A DNA stretch of 64,000 nt from a bacterium (GTDB lineage: Bacteria; Patescibacteriota; Microgenomatia; Levybacterales; UBA12049): the NCBI GenBank assembly GCA_021777565.1, contig JAJYDJ010000002.1, forward strand, positions 197,082-261,081, written 5' to 3'. Below the pieces are notes generated by a model that had not been told where the DNA came from, made no database searches, and saw only the letters and a list, made by a program, of their open reading frames with translations. The translations under genes were made by a program, and so were the position numbers. Positions 47,301 through 57,020 of this stretch are shown piece after piece (positions within the stretch are counted from its first letter, which is position 1; each line of letters begins with the position of its first letter).

Positions 47301-48461
47301 TCAAACGAAAGTAATTTTGACTGGTTTGATGAGAAGGAGTACAGAGATCAAAAAGGAGACAGCAATAGCTGCAATGAATGGTGCTTGTGCACTGTACCAG
47401 GCAAAAAGAAGCCCAAAGACAAATTGTCCAATCGCACTACCGCTATCCCCGGCAATAACATGCATTGCTGATCCTTTTGTCATGTGTTCTGAGGGGAGCG
47501 CATCAAAGGTGAGTCCTTTAATGACAGGAGAAGTACCTCGCGCAAAAATGCCAAGGATAAAAGTGAGTACATATAAGAGAACAATATTAGATGTAATGAG
47601 AAGCAAGATCAAAAGGACACCCATAAGGAACTCGCTATACATGAGTGCGATTGTCCCAGATGACCTTTTTGCAAAAAATCCTATTACCCATCTACCACAC
47701 AGATATCCACCAAAGATACAAGATTGCAAAAGGATGCTGCTTTCAAGTGAATATCCTTTTGCAAGAAAGATGAATGGAAGAAATACGAAAAGCTGTGAAC
47801 TTGCCAGTGAATCAAGAAATTCAAAGACTAATGTGTATAAAAATGTTTTGTTTTTTCTCAGTGGCTGTAGATCTTTTTCTTTGGAAAGTGTTTTTGCAGA
47901 CTGGATATTGGGTAGTACCCACGAGAGAACCAAAGACAGACAAGAAATAAAAATAATACAGAGCAATGGAATCTGCTTGAATCCTAGATATATTGCGCCA
48001 CTAACGATAAGTGGGAAGATAATACGTGCCAGATCTGTCATCATAAATAGTGCTGCAAGCGTGGTATAACGATCACCTGGTTTGGTCATGTGCCCTGCAA
48101 GCGTATTTACCCCTGACATCCCGATACCTACCCCAAATCCTGCAATGATGAACGCACACATAAGTAACGATTGGCTCAGGACAAGATAGCCAGCATAGAG
48201 TATCACTGCGGCCAAGATGAGAAGAAGGGATGATCCGATCATGATCTTCTTTACTGATGCTCGGTGTGCCCATTTTGCTATGACAAATGCACCAAGGATT
48301 AGGAAAAAGATAAAAAGTCCACCCCAGTAGCCAACGGCAAGTTTATTCACAATATGTTCTTCGTAAAATACAGGAAGTAGTACAAAATAAAAAACACCAG
48401 AGCCCTTAACAATAGTTTGCAATAGTGAGAGATTGATATATCCAAAAATGCCCTTTTTCAT
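47301..48461 (-). CDS. MFS transporter
   Basis: 12 TM segments; start moved to MKKGIFGY (ATG 48461) on the basis of TATAAT-N7-ATG; track start 48590 overlaps serS. Confidence 0.7.
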   Translation of the reverse strand: MKKGIFGYINLSLLQTIVKGSGVFYFVLLPVFYEEHIVNKLAVGYWGGLFIFFLILGAFVIAKWAHRASVKKIMIGSSLLLILAAVILYAGYLVLSQSLLMCAFIIAGFGVGIGMSGVNTLAGHMTKPGDRYTTLAALFMMTDLARIIFPLIVSGAIYLGFKQIPLLCIIFISCLSLVLSWVLPNIQSAKTLSKEKDLQPLRKNKTFLYTLVFEFLDSLASSQLFVFLPFIFLAKGYSLESSILLQSCIFGGYLCGRWVIGFFAKRSSGTIALMYSEFLMGVLLILLLITSNIVLLYVLTFILGIFARGTSPVIKGLTFDALPSEHMTKGSAMHVIAGDSGSAIGQFVFGLLFAWYSAQAPFIAAIAVSFLISVLLLIKPVKITFV

Positions 48462-48468
48462 AACGCCT

Positions 48469-48474
48469 ATTATA
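48469..48474 (-). promoter_or_regulatory. -10 TATAAT (minus strand) 7 nt upstream of MFS ATG 48461
   Basis: minus strand reads tcTATAATaggcgttATG. Confidence 0.4.
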
Positions 48475-48510
48475 GAGAATTCTCTTCTAGATTGCAGTAG
48501 ATGAAGCGTG

Positions 48511-48516
48511 TATAAT
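48511..48516 (+). promoter_or_regulatory. -10 TATAAT 6 nt upstream of serS ATG 48523 (divergent from the MFS promoter)
   Basis: gcgtgTATAATaatctcATGttggatattaaa. Confidence 0.5.
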
Positions 48517-48522
48517 AATCTC

Positions 48523-49809
48523 ATGTTGGATATTAAATACGTCAGGGAGAATAAGGAAAAAGTAGAGAAAGCAGCTCGTGATAAGCACATGACTGTGGAT
48601 ATTACTCATGTGTTGGAGATTGATGATAAACGAAAAGAGTTGCAAATTGTTGTCCAACAACTGCAAGAAGAGAGAAATATCTTAACCAATGCTATCACAG
48701 GTAAACCTACAGATGACCAAATTGCAAAGGGGAAAGAACTACGAGAAAGACTGGCTCGCGAGGAAGATGCACTCAAGGCAGTACAAGAAGAGTTGAAAGA
48801 ATATCTGTATAAAGTTCCTAACGTGCCTCTGGATAGTGTCCCATTCGGTGAGAGTGAAGATGATAACGTCGTAAGTAAGACAGTGGGAGAGCCAACGAAA
48901 TTTAGTTTTCAACCGAAGAATCATTGGGAGATTGCGCAACTGCATGGGTGGATTGATAAAGAACGTGCAGCAAAAGTGAGTGGTGCACGATTTGCATACC
49001 TAAAAGGTGATCTCGTACGACTTCATTTTGCTGTAGTTCAATTTGTCATGCAGACACTGACTGATGAGAGTGTTTTGAAAAAAATTATTGATGGAAACCA
49101 TCTCAATGTTAGTCCAAAAGGATTTGTCCCGGTACTTCCTCCTGCGATGGTAAGGACGGAGCCATATCAAAAAACCGCACGGCTCAACAAAGAGGAAACA
49201 ACATATAAGATTGAAGGTGAGGATGCTTGGCTTAATGCAAGTGCTGAGCACAGTCTATGCCCGATGTATATGGATGAGACACTTGAAGAACAGGAGTTGC
49301 CACTTCGCTTTATTGGGTATAGTACTTCTTTTAGAAAAGAAGCCGGGACCTATGGGAAGGATATGGAAGGTATTTTACGCATGCACCAATTTGATAAATT
49401 GGAAATGGAAAGCTTCACAACACCAGAAGAAGGATTGGAAGAACATGCATTTTTAATTGCAATTCAAGAATATCTGATGCAGGAATTAGGACTTCCTTAT
49501 CGGGTTTTGCAAAAGTGCGTTGCCGATATTGGTGGGCCAAATGCCGCAGGAGTAGACATAGAAGTTTGGCTTCCAGGTCAGCAAAAGTATCGAGAAACGC
49601 ACACGGCTGACTACATGACTGATTACCAAGCACGAAGATTACAGACTCGTATTAAAGGGAAAGGATTCGTTCATACCAATGATGCGACTGCTATGTCACA
49701 ACGTCCGCTTATCGCGATTCTTGAGAACTATCAACAAGAAGATGGAAGTGTACGGGTTCCACAAGTGCTTCAAAAATGGATTGGGAAAGAAGTTATTGGC
49801 GAAAAATAA
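48523..49809 (+). CDS. serS: seryl-tRNA synthetase
   Basis: MLDIKYVRENKEKVEK canonical SerS N-terminus; class II motifs; track GTG start 48508 includes the -10 box. Confidence 0.93.
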   Translation: MLDIKYVRENKEKVEKAARDKHMTVDITHVLEIDDKRKELQIVVQQLQEERNILTNAITGKPTDDQIAKGKELRERLAREEDALKAVQEELKEYLYKVPNVPLDSVPFGESEDDNVVSKTVGEPTKFSFQPKNHWEIAQLHGWIDKERAAKVSGARFAYLKGDLVRLHFAVVQFVMQTLTDESVLKKIIDGNHLNVSPKGFVPVLPPAMVRTEPYQKTARLNKEETTYKIEGEDAWLNASAEHSLCPMYMDETLEEQELPLRFIGYSTSFRKEAGTYGKDMEGILRMHQFDKLEMESFTTPEEGLEEHAFLIAIQEYLMQELGLPYRVLQKCVADIGGPNAAGVDIEVWLPGQQKYRETHTADYMTDYQARRLQTRIKGKGFVHTNDATAMSQRPLIAILENYQQEDGSVRVPQVLQKWIGKEVIGEK

Positions 49810-50527
49810 CTAAAAATCTATTTGCTCCAAACTCATCTCGTCGTATTTCTCCTGTAAGTCCTGAAGGAATAGTAAATGACGCGTGTGAGTGAGTGTCATC
49901 TATCTCCAGAATCGCAAATCCATCTGGTGCAAGTCTATCCGGTAATTGTTGTAAAAAGTTATTGATTATTTCAGCCCCTGTCGGCCCACCATCAAGTGCG
50001 AGAAGTGGCTCATATGCTTTTACGCTTGCATCAAGACGCTTTATTCTTTCAGAAGGGATATAGGGGAGATTCGCAGTAATCACATCAAATGTCCCACTGA
50101 TTGATTGAAATAGATCACTTACAACAAGGGAAATATCTTTTTGATCGTGTGAAATGTGTCGCTGTACATTTTTCTGTGCGATTTTCAATGCATCTGGTGA
50201 AATATCAGCAAGCGTCAACGAACAAGAAATTTCTTTTTTTTGCAGTTCTAAGAACAATGTAATACCAATACAACCACTTCCTGTGCCAAGATCTAACACT
50301 CGAACAGACTTTTTTTTCACATGATTGAGCGAAAGAGTAATGATTTCTTCAGTTTCGATACGTGGGATAAGAACATGTTCATCAACAAAAAAATCTCTTC
50401 CATAAAATTCTGCAACCCCAACAATATATTCGACTGGTTTTTCATCAGTAATTTCTTCCCAGTTTTTTTGGTGTTTGTATAAAAAGTTTTTTTCTCTTGG
50501 AGATAAAATTCTTTTTTGTGCCTGCAT
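49793..50527 (-). CDS. HemK/PrmC-family protein-(glutamine-N5) methyltransferase
   Basis: VLDLGTGSGCIGI SAM motif; ITANLPYIP (NPPY-variant) motif; overlaps serS 3' end by 17 nt. Confidence 0.55.
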   Translation of the reverse strand: MQAQKRILSPREKNFLYKHQKNWEEITDEKPVEYIVGVAEFYGRDFFVDEHVLIPRIETEEIITLSLNHVKKKSVRVLDLGTGSGCIGITLFLELQKKEISCSLTLADISPDALKIAQKNVQRHISHDQKDISLVVSDLFQSISGTFDVITANLPYIPSERIKRLDASVKAYEPLLALDGGPTGAEIINNFLQQLPDRLAPDGFAILEIDDTHSHASFTIPSGLTGEIRRDEFGANRFLVIFRQ

Positions 50528-50693
50528 AGATAAATGTGCCGATGATATAAAAAATGTTTTAGAATCAATCTAATCAATAACTTTTGAAGCTAACAAAAAC
50601 TATTGACAAACATTAAAAAAATTCTTCATGATGAGTATATCATACCTGCCCAACAACAATGGATTGTTGGAAGAACACGAGGAGGTGATCGAC

Positions 50694-50774
50694 ATGCCAG
50701 CAAAGAAAAAAACAACAAAGCGAAAGACAACAACAAAGAGAACAACCAAGAAAACAACCAAGAAGCGAAAGTAA
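50694..50774 (+). CDS. 26-aa Lys/Thr-rich basic peptide with strong SD (not in ORF track)
   Basis: MPAKKKTTKRKTTTKRTTKKTTKKRK; GGAGGTGA at 50681-88, 5-nt spacer, ATG; followed by two hairpins. Confidence 0.4.
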   Translation: MPAKKKTTKRKTTTKRTTKKTTKKRK

Positions 50775-50790
50775 GTTACTTGGTATCTTA

Positions 50791-50845
50791 ACCAATTAAT
50801 TGATCAATTGGTTTCCCCCCGCGTTTATCGTGGGGGGATTTGTGT
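50791..50845 (+). terminator. hairpins after the small peptide ORF: CCAATT-N8-AATTGG, then 9-bp GC hairpin CCCCCCGCG-tttat-CGTGGGGGG followed by ATTTGTGT
   Basis: 50791-50810 and 50815-50837. Confidence 0.5.
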
Positions 50846-50850
50846 ATATG

Positions 50851-50859
50851 TGATAAAAT
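50851..50859 (+). promoter_or_regulatory. extended -10 TGaTAAAAT 6 nt upstream of secA ATG 50866
   Basis: gTGATAAAATagatgtATGgcaATG. Confidence 0.45.
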
Positions 50860-50865
50860 AGATGT

Positions 50866-53532
50866 ATGGCAATGAATTTCCTTACCAAAATTTTTGATTC
50901 AAACGAGAAAGAGATAAAACGTCTTCAGACAATTACTACCGAAATTAATGCCCTTGAGCCTGCGATGCAGAAACTTAAGATTGAAGACTTCCCTAAAAAA
51001 ACTACTCAACTGAAAGAAAGAGTTGCTGCTGGTGAGTCTCTTGACGCACTGCTGCCGGAAGCTTTTGCTCTGGTGCGTGAAGCGACGGTGCGTTCACTAG
51101 GCATGCGTCATTTTGATGAGCAGATTATGGGAGGCATTGTCCTCTCTGAGGGGAAAATTGCTGAACAAAAGACTGGTGAAGGAAAAACGTTGACTGCGGT
51201 ACTACCACTTTACCTCCATGCATTGACTGGCAAGGGTGTTCATTTAGTTACGGTCAACGACTATCTTGCGAGACTTGGTGCTGGATGGGTAGGGCCAATT
51301 TTTGATCTACTCGGCATGAAAGTATCGGCAATGATTAATAACGCATCTTTTGTTTTTGATGTGAATTATGAAAACCCCAGTGTGAAAGATTTCAGACTTG
51401 CCAGGCTCAAGCCAATTGAACGAAAAGAAGCATATGCTGTTGACGTTACGTATGGTATTAACTCAGAATTTGGATTTGATTATTTGCGTGACAACATGGC
51501 ACAAGATAAAGCACAACTTGTACAGCGTGGATATTATTACGCGATTGTTGATGAAGTTGACTCGGTGCTTATTGATGAGGCCCGAACACCGCATATTATC
51601 TCAGCACCGGATGAAGTTCCAACAGATAAGTATTATCAGTATGCACAAATCGTAGATAAACTTGTCCCAGATACTGATTTTACACTTGATGAAAAACAGC
51701 GAAGTGCACATTTGACAGAACGCGGACTCACAAAGATTGAGAAATTATTTGGTATTACAGAAATTTATGAAAAAGATTTTGACACGGTATATCATTTGGA
51801 AGCTGCACTGAAAGCACGAGCACTTTTCCATAAGGAAAAAGATTATATTGTTCGCGATAATCAGGTAATTTTGGTTGACGAATTTACAGGAAGACTTATG
51901 GAGGGTCGTCGACTTTCAGAAGGACTGCATCAAGCACTTGAAGCAAAAGAGAATGTCACAATTCAGCGTGAATCCAAGACGCTCGCTACTGTCTCATTGC
52001 AGAATTATTTTCGTATGTATACCCATCTCGCCGGTATGACGGGTACTGCAACGACAGAGGCGGAAGAGTTCCACAAAATTTATAAATTAGATGTTGTTGC
52101 TATACCCACGCATAATCCTGTGCAGCGCGAGGATATGCCAGACATCATTTATAAAACAGAACGCGCGAAATTTGCAGCAGTAGTCAGAGAGGTTGAAGAA
52201 GCACATGCAAAAGGGCAACCAGTATTGATTGGTACTACGTCAATTGAAAGAAATGAAATTCTTTCACAATTTCTCAAAAGAAAGGGTATTGTCCACGAAC
52301 TTTTAAATGCAAAGAATCACGAACGGGAAGCGCAGATTATTGCAAAAGCAGGTGAAAAAGGAGCAGTAACCGTTGCAACCAACATGGCTGGAAGAGGAGT
52401 TGATATTATCCTTGGTGGCGACGTCCCAAAGCTTGAGGATGGGAATGTGGAGCCTGAAAGTAAAGAGTATAAAGAATGGCAGAAAAAGCATGACGAGGTT
52501 GTACAGCTTGGTGGACTGTACGTCATCGGTACAGAACGACATGAATCCAGAAGAATTGATAATCAGCTCAGAGGGCGCAGTGGTCGCCAGGGGGACCCTG
52601 GAAAGTCACAATTCTTTGTCTCACTCTCTGATGATGTCATGAGACTTTTTGGTGGAGATAGTATCGCCAATATGATGACAAGACTCAATATGCCTGAGGA
52701 CACTCCACTTTCACATAATCTTGTATCGCGCGCCATTGAACAAGCTCAAATGAAAGTTGAAGGATATAACTTTGATGTACGTAAATATGTCGTTGAATAT
52801 GATGATGTCCTTAATAAACAGCGTGAGATCATTTACAAGAAAAGAAATTCAGTACTTCTCACGGAAGATAAAGAAGAACTACATACACTCGTGCATGACG
52901 CCCTGCATGGTGCTCTTTCGCTCGTTCTCATGCAAGTGCAGGAGAGTGATGCAGATGATATGAATGCAAAGATTATGAATGAACTGGTCACCATTATTCC
53001 TTTTGATCCGACATCTCAGCAGCAGATACTCACACAACTCATGCAGCTGCGTACATTTGAAGAAAAAGAATCTTTCCTCACCCAATTACTGACCGATGTA
53101 TTTACCAAACATGAAACAGATCTCGGGGAGACGGCAGTACCTATTTATCGATTTGTTTTCTTGAAGGCTATTGATGATCTATGGATGGACCATCTTACGA
53201 CGATGGAAGCACTCCGCGAAGGGGTGAGGCTAAGAGGATATGGGCAAAAAGACCCACTGGTGGAATATAAAAATGAAGGATTCACGCTTTTTGAGAGACT
53301 CATGAACAGTATTGATGATACGGTTGCGCATACTGTCTTTAAGATTCGTATGGATGTAAATCCATTTCAACAAATGCCACAAGGTATGCCGGAAAAAGAA
53401 ACAGAAAAGATAGCATCAACGGCTAAAAAAACAAAAGAAAAAGAAAAAAAGTCTGGAGATAAACCAGGTCGTAATGACCCCTGCTGGTGTGGCAGTGGGA
53501 AAAAATATAAAAAATGTCACTTCCCTAACTAA
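50866..53532 (+). CDS. secA: preprotein translocase ATPase SecA
   Basis: DEAD motor domains, C-terminal zinc-binding CWCGSGKKYKKCH. Confidence 0.96.
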   Translation: MAMNFLTKIFDSNEKEIKRLQTITTEINALEPAMQKLKIEDFPKKTTQLKERVAAGESLDALLPEAFALVREATVRSLGMRHFDEQIMGGIVLSEGKIAEQKTGEGKTLTAVLPLYLHALTGKGVHLVTVNDYLARLGAGWVGPIFDLLGMKVSAMINNASFVFDVNYENPSVKDFRLARLKPIERKEAYAVDVTYGINSEFGFDYLRDNMAQDKAQLVQRGYYYAIVDEVDSVLIDEARTPHIISAPDEVPTDKYYQYAQIVDKLVPDTDFTLDEKQRSAHLTERGLTKIEKLFGITEIYEKDFDTVYHLEAALKARALFHKEKDYIVRDNQVILVDEFTGRLMEGRRLSEGLHQALEAKENVTIQRESKTLATVSLQNYFRMYTHLAGMTGTATTEAEEFHKIYKLDVVAIPTHNPVQREDMPDIIYKTERAKFAAVVREVEEAHAKGQPVLIGTTSIERNEILSQFLKRKGIVHELLNAKNHEREAQIIAKAGEKGAVTVATNMAGRGVDIILGGDVPKLEDGNVEPESKEYKEWQKKHDEVVQLGGLYVIGTERHESRRIDNQLRGRSGRQGDPGKSQFFVSLSDDVMRLFGGDSIANMMTRLNMPEDTPLSHNLVSRAIEQAQMKVEGYNFDVRKYVVEYDDVLNKQREIIYKKRNSVLLTEDKEELHTLVHDALHGALSLVLMQVQESDADDMNAKIMNELVTIIPFDPTSQQQILTQLMQLRTFEEKESFLTQLLTDVFTKHETDLGETAVPIYRFVFLKAIDDLWMDHLTTMEALREGVRLRGYGQKDPLVEYKNEGFTLFERLMNSIDDTVAHTVFKIRMDVNPFQQMPQGMPEKETEKIASTAKKTKEKEKKSGDKPGRNDPCWCGSGKKYKKCHFPN

Positions 53533-53538
53533 CTTCCT

Positions 53539-54156
53539 ATGATTTCATTTGTCTATTTTGATGTTGGCGGTGTTCTTGCAATTGACTTTAGTGGGAACGA
53601 TGGGTTCACTCAGCTGGGAAAGGAAATGGGAGTACCAGAGGGGCACATGGGTGAATTCATGCAGCTTTTCATAGATGAAGAACGCGCCTGTTGCACGACA
53701 GACCCTATCGACATGCTACTTCCACATCTTGAAAAAACATTCGGGATAACAATCCCCCAGTCGTACTCACTGCTTGATGGATTTGTGCGTCATTTTCACC
53801 GCAATGATAGCATTTGGCCGGTTGTTGAATATGCAAAATCAAAAGCACGCGTTGGTACCTTAACCAATATGTATGTGAATATGTTTCGCGAGCTTGAGGC
53901 CAAGCATGTGATCGAAACTGTCGCGTGGGATGTCATGGTTGACTCCACCAAAGTTGGGTACATAAAACCTGATAAAGAGATATTTCTTCTTGCACAAGAA
54001 AAGGCTGGAGTCCCAGCAGGTGAGATACTGTTTGTTGAGAACTCCCAAAAACACATTGACGCGGCAAGGGAGCTTGGGTGGCAGACATTTCTCTATGATC
54101 CAAAACATCCCGAAGCGTCAAGTGAAGCACTCTTGGATTATTTAAAAAACGCATGA
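53539..54156 (+). CDS. HAD-family hydrolase
   Basis: YFDVGGVL motif I (DxGGV); 205 aa. Confidence 0.6.
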   Translation: MISFVYFDVGGVLAIDFSGNDGFTQLGKEMGVPEGHMGEFMQLFIDEERACCTTDPIDMLLPHLEKTFGITIPQSYSLLDGFVRHFHRNDSIWPVVEYAKSKARVGTLTNMYVNMFRELEAKHVIETVAWDVMVDSTKVGYIKPDKEIFLLAQEKAGVPAGEILFVENSQKHIDAARELGWQTFLYDPKHPEASSEALLDYLKNA

Positions 54157-54809
54157 ACTGGCAGAAGGCAACTCTTATCAAAAAACGTCAATCTGCAGAG
54201 GATGTCTGGGTACTTACGGTAAAGCCGGAGAAGTGGGAGCCATTTGATCCTGGACAATTTTATCAACTGCAACTCCCGGGGATTTTTCTCGATCGTTGCT
54301 ACTCAATTCTTTCAACTCCAGCAGACGAAGGCATACTCGAATTTGGCATACAGTGTATACCAGGAGGAGTTCTCTCTCCTCAATTGTGTGAGATGGAAGT
54401 TGGGGGAAGTATCGAGATCATCGGACCACAGGGAGCATATTTTAACTGGAAACCAGAGATGAGGGGACCACTTGTGCTTATTGGTGGTGGGTCTGGCATG
54501 GTGCCACTTATTTCCATCTATAATCACGTGAAGTCTCTAGATCCAGGTCTCCCTATTACTTTTATCATGAGTGCAAAAAGCCCAGAAAAAATTATGGATT
54601 ACAATTCATGGAAAGACAGACTTATTACTCGTTTTACATCATCTGAGCCAAGAATTGATCAAGACTTTTTACAAAACAAGATTGATCTTGCACAAAAAGA
54701 TGCGATGTATTTTATCTGCGGATCAGGAAGATTTACCTATGATATAAAAAACTATTTAGAGAATTTGGGAGTAGAAAAAATACAAATACAATCAGAGCAG
54801 TTTTTTTAG
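54153..54809 (+). CDS. FAD/NAD(P)-binding oxidoreductase (ferredoxin-NADP reductase-like, small)
   Basis: RCYSILS FAD-binding motif region, PLVLIGGGSGMVPL NAD-binding motif. Confidence 0.6.
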   Translation: MNWQKATLIKKRQSAEDVWVLTVKPEKWEPFDPGQFYQLQLPGIFLDRCYSILSTPADEGILEFGIQCIPGGVLSPQLCEMEVGGSIEIIGPQGAYFNWKPEMRGPLVLIGGGSGMVPLISIYNHVKSLDPGLPITFIMSAKSPEKIMDYNSWKDRLITRFTSSEPRIDQDFLQNKIDLAQKDAMYFICGSGRFTYDIKNYLENLGVEKIQIQSEQFF

Positions 54810-54815
54810 TATACT

Positions 54816-55505
54816 TTGTTTATGACAGAAGATATCCTTACCTCGCTTGGAGCTCAACCCTCAGTAAGTGAGGAACGTGGATTGGCACTCCTTAATGATA
54901 CTGATCTTGTAATTTTCAGCCCAGGTATTAGCACTGGAGGATTTGCTGAGATTCGTATGGCAAAATCCAATCCTTCAAGACATATCATCTCCACTACGAT
55001 TGATGATAAAGGATTATCCTTTGCACAAGAAGTGATAGAAACCTCAGGAGTTAAAAATCAAATTGACACAAAACTCGAAGATTTGCGTGACATGAATTAT
55101 CCGGAAGACTATTTTGATTTTATCTATGCTCGTTTGGTACTTCATTATCTCTCTGCACAAGATCTTGATGCAGTACTACATCGCATGTATCTGTCTCTTA
55201 AGAAGAATGGTAGGATTTTTGTTGTTGTAAGGTCTATAAAAAACCCTAACACCAATGACCCGGAATATACATATGACCCAGTAACAAAATTAAGTAGAGA
55301 TGTGCATAGGCGAGCAGACGGGTCAATTGAAGCAACAAGTGTCAGATATTTTCATTCGCCAGAAAGTATCAGTGAACATCTTGAGAGTGCAGGATTTCAT
55401 ATAGTCGCCATAGAAGAGTATCAAGAGCGCCTCTATAAGGATTTCATGAGAAAAGAAATTTCCCCTAATATTGACCATCTCATTGAGGTCGTTGCAACAA
55501 AATAA
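54816..55505 (+). CDS. class I SAM-dependent methyltransferase
   Basis: Rossmann-like VIFSPGISTGG... motif I region; 229 aa. Confidence 0.55.
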   Translation: MFMTEDILTSLGAQPSVSEERGLALLNDTDLVIFSPGISTGGFAEIRMAKSNPSRHIISTTIDDKGLSFAQEVIETSGVKNQIDTKLEDLRDMNYPEDYFDFIYARLVLHYLSAQDLDAVLHRMYLSLKKNGRIFVVVRSIKNPNTNDPEYTYDPVTKLSRDVHRRADGSIEATSVRYFHSPESISEHLESAGFHIVAIEEYQERLYKDFMRKEISPNIDHLIEVVATK

Positions 55506-55506
55506 T

Positions 55507-55944
55507 ATGACAGAAGCGCTGTATCATCTCGGAATTAAAGCAATTATTAAAAATCACGAGGGGAAAATCTTGCTTCTTCAAGTGAATCCATCTGCGCTTC
55601 GTGGATACTCAGGAGAACCATATTGGGATATCCCTGGAGGGAGAGTCCAGGCAGGAGACAATGTAGAAGAGACATTGAGGAGAGAACTGCTTGAAGAAAC
55701 TGGTATTAACGATGTGAGGAGTATTACCCCATTCTCGATGGTATTATCAAACATTCGTATCCCAACAGATGCAGGCAGTGTCGGGCTTATTTTAAGTTCT
55801 TATGTCTGTGAAATTGCTGGCATGCCTGAGATCACACTCAGTAGTGAACATCAAAAAGCTTCCTGGTTTAGCCCAGAGGAGGCAGCTGAGCTTTTGAAAG
55901 TAAAATATCCTGCAGAATTTATTGAGAAAATAAAAGAAGTATAA
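55507..55944 (+). CDS. NUDIX hydrolase
   Basis: Nudix box GGRVQAGDNVEETLRRELLEETGI; track start 55471 overlaps the previous gene. Confidence 0.75.
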   Translation: MTEALYHLGIKAIIKNHEGKILLLQVNPSALRGYSGEPYWDIPGGRVQAGDNVEETLRRELLEETGINDVRSITPFSMVLSNIRIPTDAGSVGLILSSYVCEIAGMPEITLSSEHQKASWFSPEEAAELLKVKYPAEFIEKIKEV

Positions 55945-55947
55945 AGA

Positions 55948-56925
55948 CTAAAAGTCTGGGATGACCGTTGACTTCACTTTCTTTAATTTTGCCACATAAA
56001 ATCCTTCCATAGTTTCTGATGGTGAGACACGAAGTGTTTTCACAAGGTCAGGGTTATAATTTCTTTTACCAAATGACGTCAGTCCTGGCATGGCATCAGT
56101 GAGCGAGGGAATAGAAACTTTTTCTACCTCAAGACATCCTTGCTCTTTCTCTAAAATCCAATCAACAACCTCTTCATTTTCCTCCGGAGAGAGCGTGCAG
56201 GTAGAGTACACGATCGTGCCACCCACCTTTGTCGCACTCACAGCAGACCGTATGAGAAATTTTTGTTTTTGTGAAAGTTCTTTCACTTTTTTTGGGGACC
56301 AGTCAGCATATGATTTTGGATCTTCAGTGTAAAATCTCCCTTCCATACTACAAGGAACATCTACCAGGGTTTTATCAAAATACTGTGGGCTTTGTTTCCA
56401 CAAAAACTCTCCGGGCATCATAACTATCGTGGTATTAGTAACTCCTTGCACTGCTAAATTAGCCTTGAGACGGAAGTTTCGTATTCGACTACTATCATTG
56501 GCGATAATTTCTCCCGTGTTTTCCATCATTGCTGCCATTTGGGTTGTTTTGCTGCCTGGTGCTGCACACAGATCAAGTACTTTATCTCCCTTTTGTGGGT
56601 CAAGAACAAGTGGTGGAATCATACTTGAGAGACTCTGTACATAGAGCTCCCCTTGAGTATAGTAGTCGGTCGCCGTTAAGACTTTCTGTTCAACATTTTT
56701 TAAGATAAAAGCGATAGTATTCCAAGAGACAGTATCGACATGAATGCCTAGTTGTGCAAGTGCAGAGAGTAGAGCCTCTTGTGTCGTTTTGAGTGTGTTG
56801 ACTCTGAAGGTGGAGGGCTTTCTCTTTGAAAATGAAGCAAGCACACGATCATAGTCTCTCGTCTCTGGGAAGAGGAGATGGAGTTTTTCTAAAAATGCTT
56901 GTGGCAAGCTCTGCGTGTCGTTCAT
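55948..56925 (-). CDS. rRNA cytosine-C5 methyltransferase (RsmB/RsmF, NOL1/NOP2/Sun family)
   Basis: DLCAAPGSKTTQ SAM motif, catalytic DVPCSMEG. Confidence 0.75.
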   Translation of the reverse strand: MNDTQSLPQAFLEKLHLLFPETRDYDRVLASFSKRKPSTFRVNTLKTTQEALLSALAQLGIHVDTVSWNTIAFILKNVEQKVLTATDYYTQGELYVQSLSSMIPPLVLDPQKGDKVLDLCAAPGSKTTQMAAMMENTGEIIANDSSRIRNFRLKANLAVQGVTNTTIVMMPGEFLWKQSPQYFDKTLVDVPCSMEGRFYTEDPKSYADWSPKKVKELSQKQKFLIRSAVSATKVGGTIVYSTCTLSPEENEEVVDWILEKEQGCLEVEKVSIPSLTDAMPGLTSFGKRNYNPDLVKTLRVSPSETMEGFYVAKLKKVKSTVIPDF

Positions 56926-56931
56926 GGCTGT

Positions 56932-56940
56932 ATTGTACCA
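56932..56940 (-). promoter_or_regulatory. extended -10 TGGTACAAT (minus strand) 6 nt upstream of RsmF-like ATG 56925
   Basis: minus strand reads TGGTACAATacagccATG. Confidence 0.45.
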
Positions 56941-56986
56941 GAAAAAGGCATGGGAGGTGGGTCTCTCCTGTCAATTTAGCACTCTC

Positions 56987-57014
56987 TTGACAAGACTGAT
57001 AAAGGCGTTATAAT
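56987..57014 (+). promoter_or_regulatory. consensus sigma-70 promoter TTGACA-16-TATAAT, 6 nt upstream of clpB ATG 57021 (leaderless)
   Basis: TTGACAagactgataaaggcgtTATAATagttttATG. Confidence 0.6.
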
Positions 57015-57020
57015 AGTTTT

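Noticed and set aside
50603-50791. 62-aa ORF (TTG start) overlapping the small K/T-rich peptide in another frame
   Set aside because: Its start is a TTG that coincides with a TTGACA hexamer and it has no RBS. The +1 frame has a perfect SD and terminator, so the 26-aa ORF is preferred.
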